A stretch of DNA of 64,000 bases, taken from the IMG/VR virus record IMGVR_UViG_3300037247_001786, positions 352,001 to 416,000 of that record; one strand, given 5' to 3'. The notes under the pieces were generated by a model. That model saw only the letters and a program-made list of their open reading frames with translations, did not search any database and was not told the origin of the DNA. Both the position numbers and the translations under genes were made by a program. Below, piece by piece: positions 9,437 through 19,922 of this stretch (position 1 is the first letter of the stretch; the number at the start of each line of letters is the position of its first letter). Source of the DNA: a virus. Its lineage: Duplodnaviria; Caudoviricetes.

Positions 9437-12414
9437 AAACAAGAATCATTGAAAGAACTGGTCCAAGCGGTAGAGTATCATATGTTATACAACAACCTCA
9501 TTTTCTATTTAGATGGTGGTGGGTAGATGCTTGGATCAACAGTATGTGCGGAGCAAACTGCCAAGATTCGTTTGACACAATGGAAGAAGCAAAAGCTAAT
9601 CTATGCTACTTCGATGGGACTCCGACAGTAGAAGTTATTGTAACTGCATAAGAGAAAATAATTATGATATTAACGTATATAACATTGGTATTGTGTCTGA
9701 TATGGATAGCTATCATTCTTATAGGACATGATGGGTACTCTATCAAAGGACCTCTTAAATGGTGGTCGTGCGGAATAGGGATAAGCATCTTCGGATTGCA
9801 AGCCTCTAGTGCTCAAATATGCTTTGGTTTCCCAGAGATATTTACTATCATACTCTTTATCGTGATGACGATTATGCTTGTTACTGTTGCAATTAAAACT
9901 CCTAAAAAGCCTTTACATGAGAGATTGGGCGAATGATAAACCACCATATACCAGAACGATGTAAAACATGTTCGTATCATAGAACATGGTACTGGCCTTC
10001 AAAGCTAGAACATAGGCATTGCTACCATCAGGATAGTTATAGATGTATAGAAAGACCAGGGAACAGTACGTCAATAAAAGACCACTATAGTCCTCGATGG
10101 CGTTGGTTGCTTTGGTGGGGATTAACATTTCAATGGAACAAGTTAGATAAAAAGGAAATAATATGAACAGTATTATAGAAGAAAATAAAGATGTACTAAA
10201 AATACGGTTTAATACATATTATAGGGATGAAGGACAAGATGTAGGAACCGTTAAATTAAAATCATGTGATGAAAATGGGAAATTATTTGAAACACTGTTC
10301 GCCTGCTCAACAATAACAAAAAATTATGTACAGCGAAAAATATATAATTTGATGTTAAAAGAAAGTTGCGAAGTGGAATTAACTATCTCGATAGAACCGA
10401 TTGATCATACATTCATAGCACGATTAATTAATAATGGATTTCGATTAGAAGATGATAATGGAAAAGAGATATGGGGGCAGTACCATGGAGGAATTATTAA
10501 TTGGATGAAAAAATATGAATATCAAGGAAAAGAAGCGTACTTCTTTTTCGAAGTGTTATAAGGAAATATAAAATAGTAGATTCAAAAGGATAATGATATG
10601 GTAACAATACCACAAATAATAAATCAAACTAACCAGATAGCTGATGGGATAATGGCTAATAAAGAAATGAGAGGTTTCTCTGTCGCACAAGAACTAGAGC
10701 TTCAGATAGCTTCCATAGAAGCTGCATCTAAAATTATGCAAGCTATACTTATAGGTAAAGAGATAGATAATATGAGAAGATTTTAAAAGGAACGCTGTGA
10801 CACCTGAACAAGCAATACAATTAAATAAAGAAAGAATATCACTCAAAATTAAAATGGTAGCAGAGCTACTCATATCATTCATGGACGATGTGCTTATCGA
10901 GGAGATAAAGTCTCTGGAAAAAGGAACACCTCAGAAATTTTGTATGAGATATTTCGCAACTACCCACCTTACGAATAAGGATAAAAATCTATTTGTTGAG
11001 CATAAATTTGCAATAGCAAAAAATATAGTGAATCATTATAATGAACACAGATGGGAAGCATATATAATAGAAAATAGTAATCTTGTTATATCCATAGAAA
11101 TACCAGGAGAATAAAATATGATCATAATAATAGTAGCAGCGTACATCTTACTGACAGCCATATGCCTACCTTTTATGATAAACAGCGGAAACTTTGATTT
11201 TAAGTATGATTCTAAATGGACAACTACAAAACAAATAGCAGGACTGTTTCTTGCAGGATGGTTGTTGACAGTGATGGGCATTATATTCGTTATACTCGCT
11301 GCAATGTTCTGGATAGTTATGACTATCTTTGAAATAGAAGGTTAAACTTCGAGTGAAAAGAATATGAATAAAAAAATATGGATAACAAGAAGTCGCAGCC
11401 ATCGATCAGATGGACCAAAATATGTTGTCTCAATATGGTGGATACAAAAACCATTTTGGCACAGTGATGAGAATAATAAATTTTGGTGGTCAACCTGTCT
11501 AGGAGAAAGTGAACTTATATCAACAAAATTAAGTAAACAGTTATTTGGATTAGCACCAAAAGAACATGAAATATATACAGCCGAAGAAACAGATGATGGA
11601 TATAAAATAACACAAAGACAAACAGCAAGAGATTGCTATCGTACTGATGTAGATAGAAAATTAGGTTTGGAATGGTAAAATTTAATACTTGAAAGTGTTT
11701 CCTAAATAAGATATAGTAGTGACATGAACATATGTGAAATAATTGGAATTGGATGTTTACTAGCAGTTGGAGCAGGAATATTAGCTGGTTTTATAATAAT
11801 GATGGCAGGAATAATGGAAGAAAATAAAAGAGACTGGAATGAATAGACGCAACGAAATAATAATTGGAGCATCTATAATAACTCTTATTGCGATAATCCT
11901 TATGCTGTTAATAAGTTCTGTAAGATCAATGACCCCAAGGTGCCTCGAATGTAAAACTGTATCATATAGTACTGAATACTGCGGTAGTTGCGGAGAGTGG
12001 ATGAACCCTCCATATTGTAAAAAATGCGACAGAAGATATTTTAGCGGTTGTAAAAAAGATAAATACTGTGAGGACTGCGGAGAAGAACTTGTAACCTTGA
12101 CAGAGAAAGAATAAAATAATATGAACATATATAAACAAAGATGGAACAAGGCTAAACAACTAGCTAACGAGATAAATGATAGGTACGAAAAAGCCATTAA
12201 AGAATATGGCAATAAATGTATCCTCATGTATAGAGAAATACTCGAAGATGCGAATATCGTTATATATGATGATCAAATTATATTACATGTACCTGGAGCT
12301 AATTTTATATTGTTCATAGATGATCCAGAACAAGATATGGGGTCACTCTCAACGATAAAAGAAATAGAAGAACTATTCGATGAAATTAATATACTCGTAC
12401 CATATAAGGGATAG
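9433..12414 (+). other. Run of small hypothetical CDSs, several predicted membrane proteins
   Basis: Abutting + strand ORFs of 60-130 aa; hydrophobic segments in 9664-9936, 11118-11345 and 11839-12114 (the last with CxxC pairs). Confidence 0.65.
11689..11717 (+). promoter_or_regulatory. sigma70-type promoter
   Basis: TTGAAA-17-TATAGT. Confidence 0.6.
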
Positions 12415-12417
12415 AAG

Positions 12418-12867
12418 ATGTGCATAGAATATAAATTAACAACAGATAAAAAAAAGAAAATACTTGATAAGATAGGCAGAGAAGGAATAAAAGTCTATAA
12501 GATAGTAAGACATGGAGATTGGGGACACTATCCTATATATCGAAATAAACAAACTCCATATGAAGAAGGAGTAAATACCGCCCAAAGAATACAAATAGTA
12601 TCGTGGGACGCAGTATCGTATATGTCAGGCTTCCATTTCTATATGAACAAATATGCCGCGAAAATGACACTAAAGTATGAATGGGAAGATATGGATGATG
12701 GTTATCAATATAAAATTATAGAGTGTATTGTCAAAAAATCATGGGTGACAACGATAGGAGAAGAATACATTTTTAACGACGATGGAAGATATCAAGATCT
12801 CACCCAAGTTATTATCACTAAAAAAGCTATCTTCCCTGTTTTCGCGGAGAATAAAACATGTGTATAA
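12418..12867 (+). CDS. Hypothetical protein, four-copy family
   Basis: GIKVYKIV...SGFHFYMN...IIECIVKKSWVTTIG. Confidence 0.8.
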   Translation: MCIEYKLTTDKKKKILDKIGREGIKVYKIVRHGDWGHYPIYRNKQTPYEEGVNTAQRIQIVSWDAVSYMSGFHFYMNKYAAKMTLKYEWEDMDDGYQYKIIECIVKKSWVTTIGEEYIFNDDGRYQDLTQVIITKKAIFPVFAENKTCV

Positions 12868-13271
12868 ATAGAATAGCAAATAAAGAAAAATGGCTGAAAG
12901 ATAAACCAAAAGTCATAACAGCATATAAAGTAGCAATAGCATGTTATAGTAAAGAACTAGACGTAAGACTATATCCAGTCTTTAATAACGATAAATACTT
13001 TAAAAGAAATAACCTACTCAGAAAAGTTAAATCTGAAAGAAGTGAAAAATACCAACATGTCGATGGATCGAAAAACTCGACATATATAGCATATTACCAC
13101 CTGTTCGCAAAGAGAAAAGACGCAGAGAGACACAGAAACTGGATGGGAGGATCTGTTATAGAATGCACAGTACCAAAAAAATACATAACAGAGATAGGAT
13201 ACCAATACGGACATACAGTAATCGTAACAAGAAAATTCTCCATAGTAGGAGAAGATGAATTCCTAGACTAA
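12858..13271 (+). CDS. Hypothetical protein, four-copy family
   Basis: AYKVA...AYYHLF...VIECTVPKKYITEIG. Confidence 0.75.
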   Translation: MCINRIANKEKWLKDKPKVITAYKVAIACYSKELDVRLYPVFNNDKYFKRNNLLRKVKSERSEKYQHVDGSKNSTYIAYYHLFAKRKDAERHRNWMGGSVIECTVPKKYITEIGYQYGHTVIVTRKFSIVGEDEFLD

Positions 13272-13695
13272 TTACAGAGAAAGAATACATATAAGGAGAA
13301 TTATAATGATATATATTAAAGAAAAAACAGAAGAATTACTGACAATGACACCAGAACAAGCCAGAGAACTTGCAAAAGAACTTAACTATATGGCTGACGA
13401 AACAGAAGATCATGAATACTCATTTTCAACAGAATTATGGATGGAAGGAAGTTTAACGACGGTTAAACCAATGAAGATTATTATAAAAAATATAGATAAA
13501 AATCCAGAAACACTCTTTCCAAGATAAATAGAAAATATGAAACCTATAAAAATAACAAACCCCAAATATAAAGAAATAATAAGAGAACAAACAAAAGAAC
13601 CACTAATACAAAATATAGCAATAGGGTTCGCAGAAGCTCTAAAAGAACTCGGACACAATAACTTCGAAATTATTATAAAAGAATAAGGAAACAGT

Positions 13696-14145
13696 ATGTG
13701 CCTAGAACATAGATTGCCAAAAAATAAAGCAAATAAAATCATAGATAAGATACCACCAGAAGGAATCAAAGTTTATAAAATAGTAAAATGCGGAAGCGTA
13801 CATTACCACCCAATACATAGATATGAATTCGGACCATATAATGAAGGAGTAAATAAAGCACAAACAAAACAAATATCGGCATGGGAAGGGGAAAAATATA
13901 TGGCAGGCTTCCATTTCTATATGAACGAAAAAAACGCTAAATATATACTCAATAAGGAATGGGGAGATTCAGTATATACCTTCAAACTTATAGAGTGCAT
14001 AGTTAAAAAATCGTGGATAACAGCAATAGGACATGAAGTCGTATTTAAAACCGTTCATGGAGATTTCGACGATGTGTATCTTACAACAACAGTCATCGTA
14101 GCAAAAAAAGCCATATTCCCTAAATTTTGCGGAGAAAATAAATAA
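13696..14145 (+). CDS. Hypothetical protein, four-copy family
   Basis: GIKVYKIV...AGFHFYMN...LIECIVKKSWITAIG, close paralogue of 12418. Confidence 0.8.
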   Translation: MCLEHRLPKNKANKIIDKIPPEGIKVYKIVKCGSVHYHPIHRYEFGPYNEGVNKAQTKQISAWEGEKYMAGFHFYMNEKNAKYILNKEWGDSVYTFKLIECIVKKSWITAIGHEVVFKTVHGDFDDVYLTTTVIVAKKAIFPKFCGENK

Positions 14146-14493
14146 TGCTATTTAAAGTATGTATGAGTATAGCCACTATACTATTCTTAATAGTTATAGT
14201 AGTTAATATAGTCTCGTCAATCAAAGAAAAAAAGAAATATGAATATCTCAATGAGAGAGATGATGGATTCACAGGAACAGCGAAAAGATATAGAAAAAAA
14301 CACCCTATTAAAAAATAAGGATAAATATGATAGAAGTAATTAATGAACCAGATGATTGCCCATTCCAGAGAACAGATTATGACGGATTCCCAGATGGATG
14401 TAAGTATGATGAAACTAAATGCTATAATCATAACGAATTCCCAGAGGATTGCCCACTGAATGATGGCGATATTACAGTTACAAAAGGATAAAT

Positions 14494-14613
14494 ATGAAAT
14501 GTAAAAAACATCCAAGATATAAAGGGAAAAATAAAGAACAAGCAAAAAATTGCCCAGCCTGTATCTGTATATATATGAATAGACTATTTAAAGAAAAAAG
14601 GGAAAGACAATGA
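14494..14613 (+). CDS. 39-aa Cys/His microprotein (not in ORF track)
   Basis: Manual translation MKCKKHPRYKGKNKEQAKNCPACICIYMNRLFKEKRERQ; tandem paralogue follows with ATGA overlap. Confidence 0.65.
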   Translation: MKCKKHPRYKGKNKEQAKNCPACICIYMNRLFKEKRERQ

Positions 14614-14726
14614 AATGCAAAAAACACCCAAACTATAAAGGAAATGGAAAACCAAGAAATTGTGCAACCTGTCTATGCATACACCTGGAAAAACAACTTA
14701 AAAAAAGTAGAGAAAATAGAGAATAG
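14610..14726 (+). CDS. 38-aa Cys/His microprotein (not in ORF track)
   Basis: Manual translation MKCKKHPNYKGNGKPRNCATCLCIHLEKQLKKSRENRE. Confidence 0.65.
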   Translation: MKCKKHPNYKGNGKPRNCATCLCIHLEKQLKKSRENRE

Positions 14727-14769
14727 CTCTTTTTCCCGCGAAAAATAATAAATATAAGGATCAATACAA

Positions 14770-14934
14770 ATGACAATAAACAATATAAACAGAGAAACAG
14801 AAATGGTATATGATAACCTAAAAAGAATAACCAGCAATATACCATCAAAAGATACACTAATAGAAGCAACTGCTAAAATAATGCAAGCTAAAATTATAGC
14901 TGAAGCAATAAGTAACATAAGGAACATAACATGA
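14770..14934 (+). CDS. 54-aa protein, paralogue of 10598-10786 (not in ORF track)
   Basis: IEATAKIMQAKIIA versus IEAASKIMQAILIG. Confidence 0.55.
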   Translation: MTINNINRETEMVYDNLKRITSNIPSKDTLIEATAKIMQAKIIAEAISNIRNIT

Positions 14935-15627
14935 GGAAAACAAAAGTTATTAAAGCCTCTCCAGCAGCACTCGAACAAAGGATAGATACTTGGATAAAAT
15001 GTAACCCAAGAGCAGAAATAATTAGAACAAGTGCTGCAGCCATAAATGAATACAATGTTCTATATGTGATAATATATGAAGAAAAACCAATATAACACCG
15101 ATACCTCAAATAATTTGCCAGAGTGGTAAAAAATGGAATTTATAAGAATATGAAATATAATACTTGTCAAAATCATAAAACTCCTGACCAAATAGAAAAA
15201 GAAGATCATCGCTCTATATATCAAAAAAGATGCCTACTGTCTATAGGAGATAAAATAAAGGCTACTACCGAATTTAGAAAAGTAATGATTGGCTCATATA
15301 GACCAAAAGAACCTGTATTCGAGGGTGGCAAAATCATAGAGTTTAAAGATCCATACGACTCAGATGGAAAAACAGCACACTCATTGGCAAATGTAGAAAT
15401 GCCTTGCGGTTGTACACATCGTATCAATACAGCTTGGCTTGTCAAAATCTAACCCTTTTTCGCGAGAAATAAAAATCCCCATTAATAACCCAAAAATCCA
15501 TATAAACTACAATATACACAAGATTAATATATAATGACTACAATACTTAATATAATAGCAACTATAATATATGGACTAATCATATTTAGCGAACACATAT
15601 ATATAAAGATAACACAAAGATAACAAT

Positions 15628-15858
15628 ATGAAGAATAAATTCACATGAGGACACGCTAACGACGAATCCAACATAAGACTAAATGGAGAACACTATCTCG
15701 AAATATCTAACTATGGACATACAAAAGAAGTAATAGATAGAGTAGAACATATCACCGAACTACTAAACCAAACAACAACTGCTGATGTAATACCAGAGCC
15801 TCCACAACCTCCACCAAAGAGAGTAATCATAGAGGGAGTAAAGATAATACAAGAATAA
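15628..15858 (+). pseudogene. ORF interrupted by in-frame TGA at codon 7
   Basis: ATG AAG AAT AAA TTC ACA TGA GGA CAC..., then the frame stays open 69 more codons to TAA. Confidence 0.4.
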
Positions 15859-16242
15859 CAAACAAAGCACAGATCAAACCACAGGGCTTATACCCCCTTA
15901 TCAGAATACCAGTTAATAGCTCAAAAATCAACTATGGCAATCAATAGGGAAAATAATGGAACTAAGTGGTACAGAGTGGTGTAAAAGGGTGAAAAACCCC
16001 ATTATTACCCAAAAACCCAATTAGAGGTCAAAAACCCAATAAATATTGCTCACAAACCTATAACCCAAATATAATAAGAAAAATGCTTATTATTGATACA
16101 CAAGCACCAAATAGGAATATCTTTAAATAATTCTCATCGACCGATCTCGATAAACCGACTCTATTTACCCTTAATATAATAATAAGAATTATTTTTATTC
16201 CTTATATAAAAGTAATGATACACCTTATATCAAGTACTATGG

Positions 16243-16470
16243 CACTCTTTGTCATATTTGCCAGAGTGACAAAAAAACTGTTGTCTGGTATAAGTTGTTT
16301 TCAGTTGCACCAAGTTATTACCACTCTGGCAGTTATTTGATACAATTATTTGCCAGAGTGTGAAAAAACACTTCTTATATATGTAGCAGTCATATATTTT
16401 GTTAAAAACTGTCACTCTGGCACTGTATGGGTCATATTTATTTGCCAGAGTGGTAAAAAGTGCTTTTTAT
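16243..16470. repeat. Three units of inverted box pairs with 92-bp period; candidate replication origin
   Basis: Forward boxes at 16258/16350/16442, reverse CACTCTGGCA at 16322/16413, partial reverse CACTCT at 16243; coincides with compositional skew flip. Confidence 0.7.
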
Positions 16471-16482
16471 AAGAAATAATAC

Positions 16483-16511
16483 TTGAAAGTGATTTATCAT
16501 TATGATATAAT
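16483..16511 (+). promoter_or_regulatory. sigma70-type promoter
   Basis: TTGAAA-17-TATAAT with TG upstream of the -10. Confidence 0.8.
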
Positions 16512-16551
16512 CACGTTCTGTATTTGAGTTTATTTTTTGGAGAGAAAAGTT

Positions 16552-17232
16552 ATGAGTGACGTAGTAAGAGATTATTCAGATGTCAAGGACACAGTAGAGT
16601 TATCTATTGGTGATCGCACCAAGATAACTAATCGCAGAGGAAACGTTATCACTCCTCGCAAATACCATATGGCAGATGATCAGATAGAGGAAGCACGTAA
16701 TCGCTGGAGAGAGTTGATAAAAGATGTTCCTGCTTCTATTCGCCATAAGGCCAGGCGATCGTTCTTTAATCCATTTAGGGTTAATGGTTCTTATTTTGGT
16801 CAAGTTCAAGCACTGTATCTACTTGGTGCTAATGAGTGGCATACTTACTCATCTGTTCGTGGTAAGATGCAGGAGGACATGAGTACCCGTAAGAGTCCTC
16901 TCAACACTTTGAATAGTTGGGAGAAATTTGCTACTAGGAGTGCTCGTGAGGGAGCTACTTCTACTAAAGATTTAATGGGTAGAATAGTTAGTAACTTCCG
17001 TACTCTTCAGCGTTTAGGTGGCACTAACCCTTATGGTTATAAGCTTAAGCAGTTGTTATCGAGTGTTGATGCTCGTCGTAGAGTGGATAGTATTTGGGAG
17101 TTTAGGTTAGATACTACTTGGACTGATATGGACTTGGTTAAGCCTTTTTATGATATATCTGCTTATGTTGTTCCTAAAGGTAAGAAGGTTGATACTGTAG
17201 TAGTTTCTACAGATGTTCCAGTTGTTGACTGA
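16552..17232 (+). CDS. Hypothetical protein, possible winged-helix DNA-binding protein
   Basis: GGAG RBS favours ATG 16552; Arg/Lys-rich, helical core followed by a beta-hairpin-like SVDARRRVDSIWEFRL; fold call is inference. Confidence 0.6.
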   Translation: MSDVVRDYSDVKDTVELSIGDRTKITNRRGNVITPRKYHMADDQIEEARNRWRELIKDVPASIRHKARRSFFNPFRVNGSYFGQVQALYLLGANEWHTYSSVRGKMQEDMSTRKSPLNTLNSWEKFATRSAREGATSTKDLMGRIVSNFRTLQRLGGTNPYGYKLKQLLSSVDARRRVDSIWEFRLDTTWTDMDLVKPFYDISAYVVPKGKKVDTVVVSTDVPVVD

Positions 17233-17306
17233 TTGGGAGAGTATGCACTGAATTGGGTATACCCTTTTTCTTTTCCGCGAAAAAATGGGTTTTAAGGGTA
17301 AAAACA

Positions 17307-18513
17307 ATGATTAAGTACTATTTAAAAAGATATGGTTATGCGGCATGGTTAGGTCTTGCACTGGGTATGTTCGCCAATATAGGTATATTTGATATTGATT
17401 TCTGGCTTATTCTTGTGCCTTTTTACTTCTTACTAGGTTGGAGAGATCAATGATTGAAGCACTGATTAAGATATTATGTATATGGTGTATCCTTGGTTTT
17501 ATAGCCCCTATGCTCACTCCTGACCCTGAAACAAAGAAGGGGGCTATTATCCAGTTAATAACTTTTGGTCCCATTATGTGGGCTTGTGTAGGCGTAAGTA
17601 CGTTAATTGATATTTTTTCGCGGATAAAAAAATGGCTAAATGGTTAAAAATTCCCAAGACATATGGTGGACTTCAGGATAATATTGCCTATGAGAAGGCA
17701 TTATCTACTCCCACTAAAGAAGAGAAGATGATAAGTCTATTTAATTTTAGCACCAAAATCTTTAAGTTCTTATCTTGCCTATGGTTAGCACTGATTATCT
17801 TAGGTTTTAGTTTAATGTCTCTTGCACCGAAAGTAGCTGGAGTTATAGGAGCTACAGGTAGTTTCCTCTTTGTAGTTAATTTTATTAGTTATATTTGTTT
17901 AATAATGATGATATTGTATATGAAAGGTCTAAGTAATGAGTAACATAATTGAATGGATTAAAGACAAAGATAATGAGTTAGTGGCTACTATTGTCCTCTT
18001 TGTAGTTGGGATATTAATAGTACTGTTTGGAGTTATATCTATTGCACTGACAAGTTCAGGGATATTTATTGTCTTTGGATCCTTGTTAATGCTAATGGGT
18101 GTTATAATTGTAATATTCGGGTTCGTTACTCTGATGGAGTTCCTAGGCGGTCTATAGCACTGAATAGGAAACCACTATATGTAGCGGTGCAGACTACCCC
18201 CAATACCCACTACATATAGTACATACAACATATGGTGGGTATGCAATGGGTAATACCCACTACATATAGTATATTGAAAGGTAAAAAGATGCAAAAAATT
18301 GCAAAATGGTTAAGAGATGAAGTTATCTATAAGTTAGTAGCTAGTGTTTTCATGTTTTTGGGTGGAATTTCTACTCTATTTATAGCTATTCACTTTTGTA
18401 ATAATTCTAAAATTGGTATGGGAGTAGTTCTCCTTATATTAGGTTTAGTTTTTAGTGTTCTTGGGATTATTCCTTTGATATCTAAGTGGTGTAATTGGCA
18501 GGATATAGAATAA
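17307..18513 (+). other. Cluster of five small predicted membrane proteins
   Basis: ORFs ending 17453, 17647, 17943, 18157 and 18513 each have about two long hydrophobic segments. Confidence 0.65.
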
Positions 18514-18882
18514 ATGAGTGATTCTATTCAGGATAGTTATCAAGATGGTCATGAATCTTATTATGACGATATATTAAGATATAAGAATCCTTATAGTGGA
18601 TTGGAGTCTGAGTCTTGGTTTCGTGGTTGGGATGAAGCTGAAGAGTATCATCGGTTATTCACTGATAATCAGACCTTCAGGGATCAGATTAAAGAGTTAA
18701 AAGAAGAGATAAAAGAGTTAGAAGATAGTGTTAGTGGGTTCAAGAAAAGTATGATCCAGATTAATACAAATATATTATCTTCTATAGATCACATAAGAAA
18801 GAGTAAGTTTCTTTATTTTCACCGCGAAAAATTGGTATCTAAGCTTAAAAATATAAATTTGCCAGAGTGTGAAAAAAGCTAA
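18514..18882 (+). CDS. Protein with RMF-like N-terminal motif and a coiled coil
   Basis: YQDG...NPY.....SWFRGWDEA resembles the ribosome modulation factor motif; IKELKEEIKELE heptads. Confidence 0.45.
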   Translation: MSDSIQDSYQDGHESYYDDILRYKNPYSGLESESWFRGWDEAEEYHRLFTDNQTFRDQIKELKEEIKELEDSVSGFKKSMIQINTNILSSIDHIRKSKFLYFHREKLVSKLKNINLPECEKS

Positions 18883-18891
18883 TTTATAGAG

Positions 18892-19731
18892 TTGTATAAT
18901 AAATATGCGGAGAGAGAAATGTACCAATCGTTAAATAGTATAAAATATGTAGAAGTATCCCGTTTATCGACTGGTATACCTGAATTAGATTGGATATATG
19001 GAGGAGATGGTACTAATGTAGGTCTCCCTCAAGGTAAGATAAGTTTATGGAGTGGTCCATCAGGTTGTGGTAAGAGTAGGTCATTAATTACTCTTTCTAA
19101 GAAAATGAGTTCCGCTGGTCATAACGTTCTTTACTTTCAGAATGAAGTTAATTTGAGTGATTTTCGTTCTTGGGCAGGCAATGAACCCTTGGCTCCGAAT
19201 CTTTATGCATCGGATACAACTACTTTGGCTGGACAAGTAGATGAGATAACGAAGAGCAAAGCAAGAGTTGCTATCATTGATAGTATCGGATTGATTAAGG
19301 AATTCAAGACAGGACATGAGACTAATGTAAGAAACATTTATGCTCATTACCGTGCATTAACTAAAAAGACTGGTGTTCATGTTATCTTTGTTTGTCAGTT
19401 GAATAGTAATTATAAGATAAAAGGTTCATCTGAAATCCTGTATTTAGCTGATATTTCAGTTGATTTAGACAGGCATGTAGTTAATAAGAAGATAATTAAG
19501 AACCACTTTGTGATAGGCATCAATGGTCGTAATGGTGGTAAACATCGTTATGGCGAGATGGGCGATGACATAACTACTCTTTGGAGGTATTCTCCTGGTG
19601 GAGCTATATGTATCTCTAATAATAGGGGATCCTCTGATATAGTTCCTTATGGTCATATTGATAAAAAGGTAGTTGATACTGTTTCTGGATCTACTTTCTT
19701 TGTGCCGAAACTAAATTTTAAATTTGCTTGA
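18892..19731 (+). CDS. radA: RadA/Sms-like RecA-family ATPase (no Zn finger or Lon-like domain)
   Basis: STGIPELDWIYGG, Walker A SGPSGCGKS, Walker B AIIDSI, VIFVCQL...IKGSSEILYLAD. Confidence 0.8.
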   Translation: MYNKYAEREMYQSLNSIKYVEVSRLSTGIPELDWIYGGDGTNVGLPQGKISLWSGPSGCGKSRSLITLSKKMSSAGHNVLYFQNEVNLSDFRSWAGNEPLAPNLYASDTTTLAGQVDEITKSKARVAIIDSIGLIKEFKTGHETNVRNIYAHYRALTKKTGVHVIFVCQLNSNYKIKGSSEILYLADISVDLDRHVVNKKIIKNHFVIGINGRNGGKHRYGEMGDDITTLWRYSPGGAICISNNRGSSDIVPYGHIDKKVVDTVSGSTFFVPKLNFKFA

Positions 19732-19756
19732 AAAGTGAAATTAGATATATTATAGT
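19728..19756 (+). promoter_or_regulatory. sigma70-type promoter
   Basis: TTGAAA-17-TATAGT. Confidence 0.65.
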
Positions 19757-19764
19757 GTTGTTAT

Positions 19765-19879
19765 GTTACGAAGGGGTGGTACCCTAGAGAGATGTAAAAA
19801 CTAATTTGTGATGAACCCATCCCTTAGCGGGGAATGGCTGAAAGTCACCGTTAAACTCGCATGACCAAATGCTCGTAAT
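19765..19879 (+). ncRNA. Candidate structured small RNA
   Basis: Starts just after the promoter; ends pair (GTTACGA/TCGTAAT); internal CCATCCC-ttagc-GGGGAATGG hairpin; no ORF. Confidence 0.4.
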
Positions 19880-19894
19880 ATTTTAAAAAAAGCT

Positions 19895-19922
19895 TTGAAA
19901 GTGATTTATATTATGCTATAAT
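19895..19922 (+). promoter_or_regulatory. sigma70-type promoter heading the tRNA cluster
   Basis: TTGAAA-16-TATAAT with extended TG. Confidence 0.7.
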
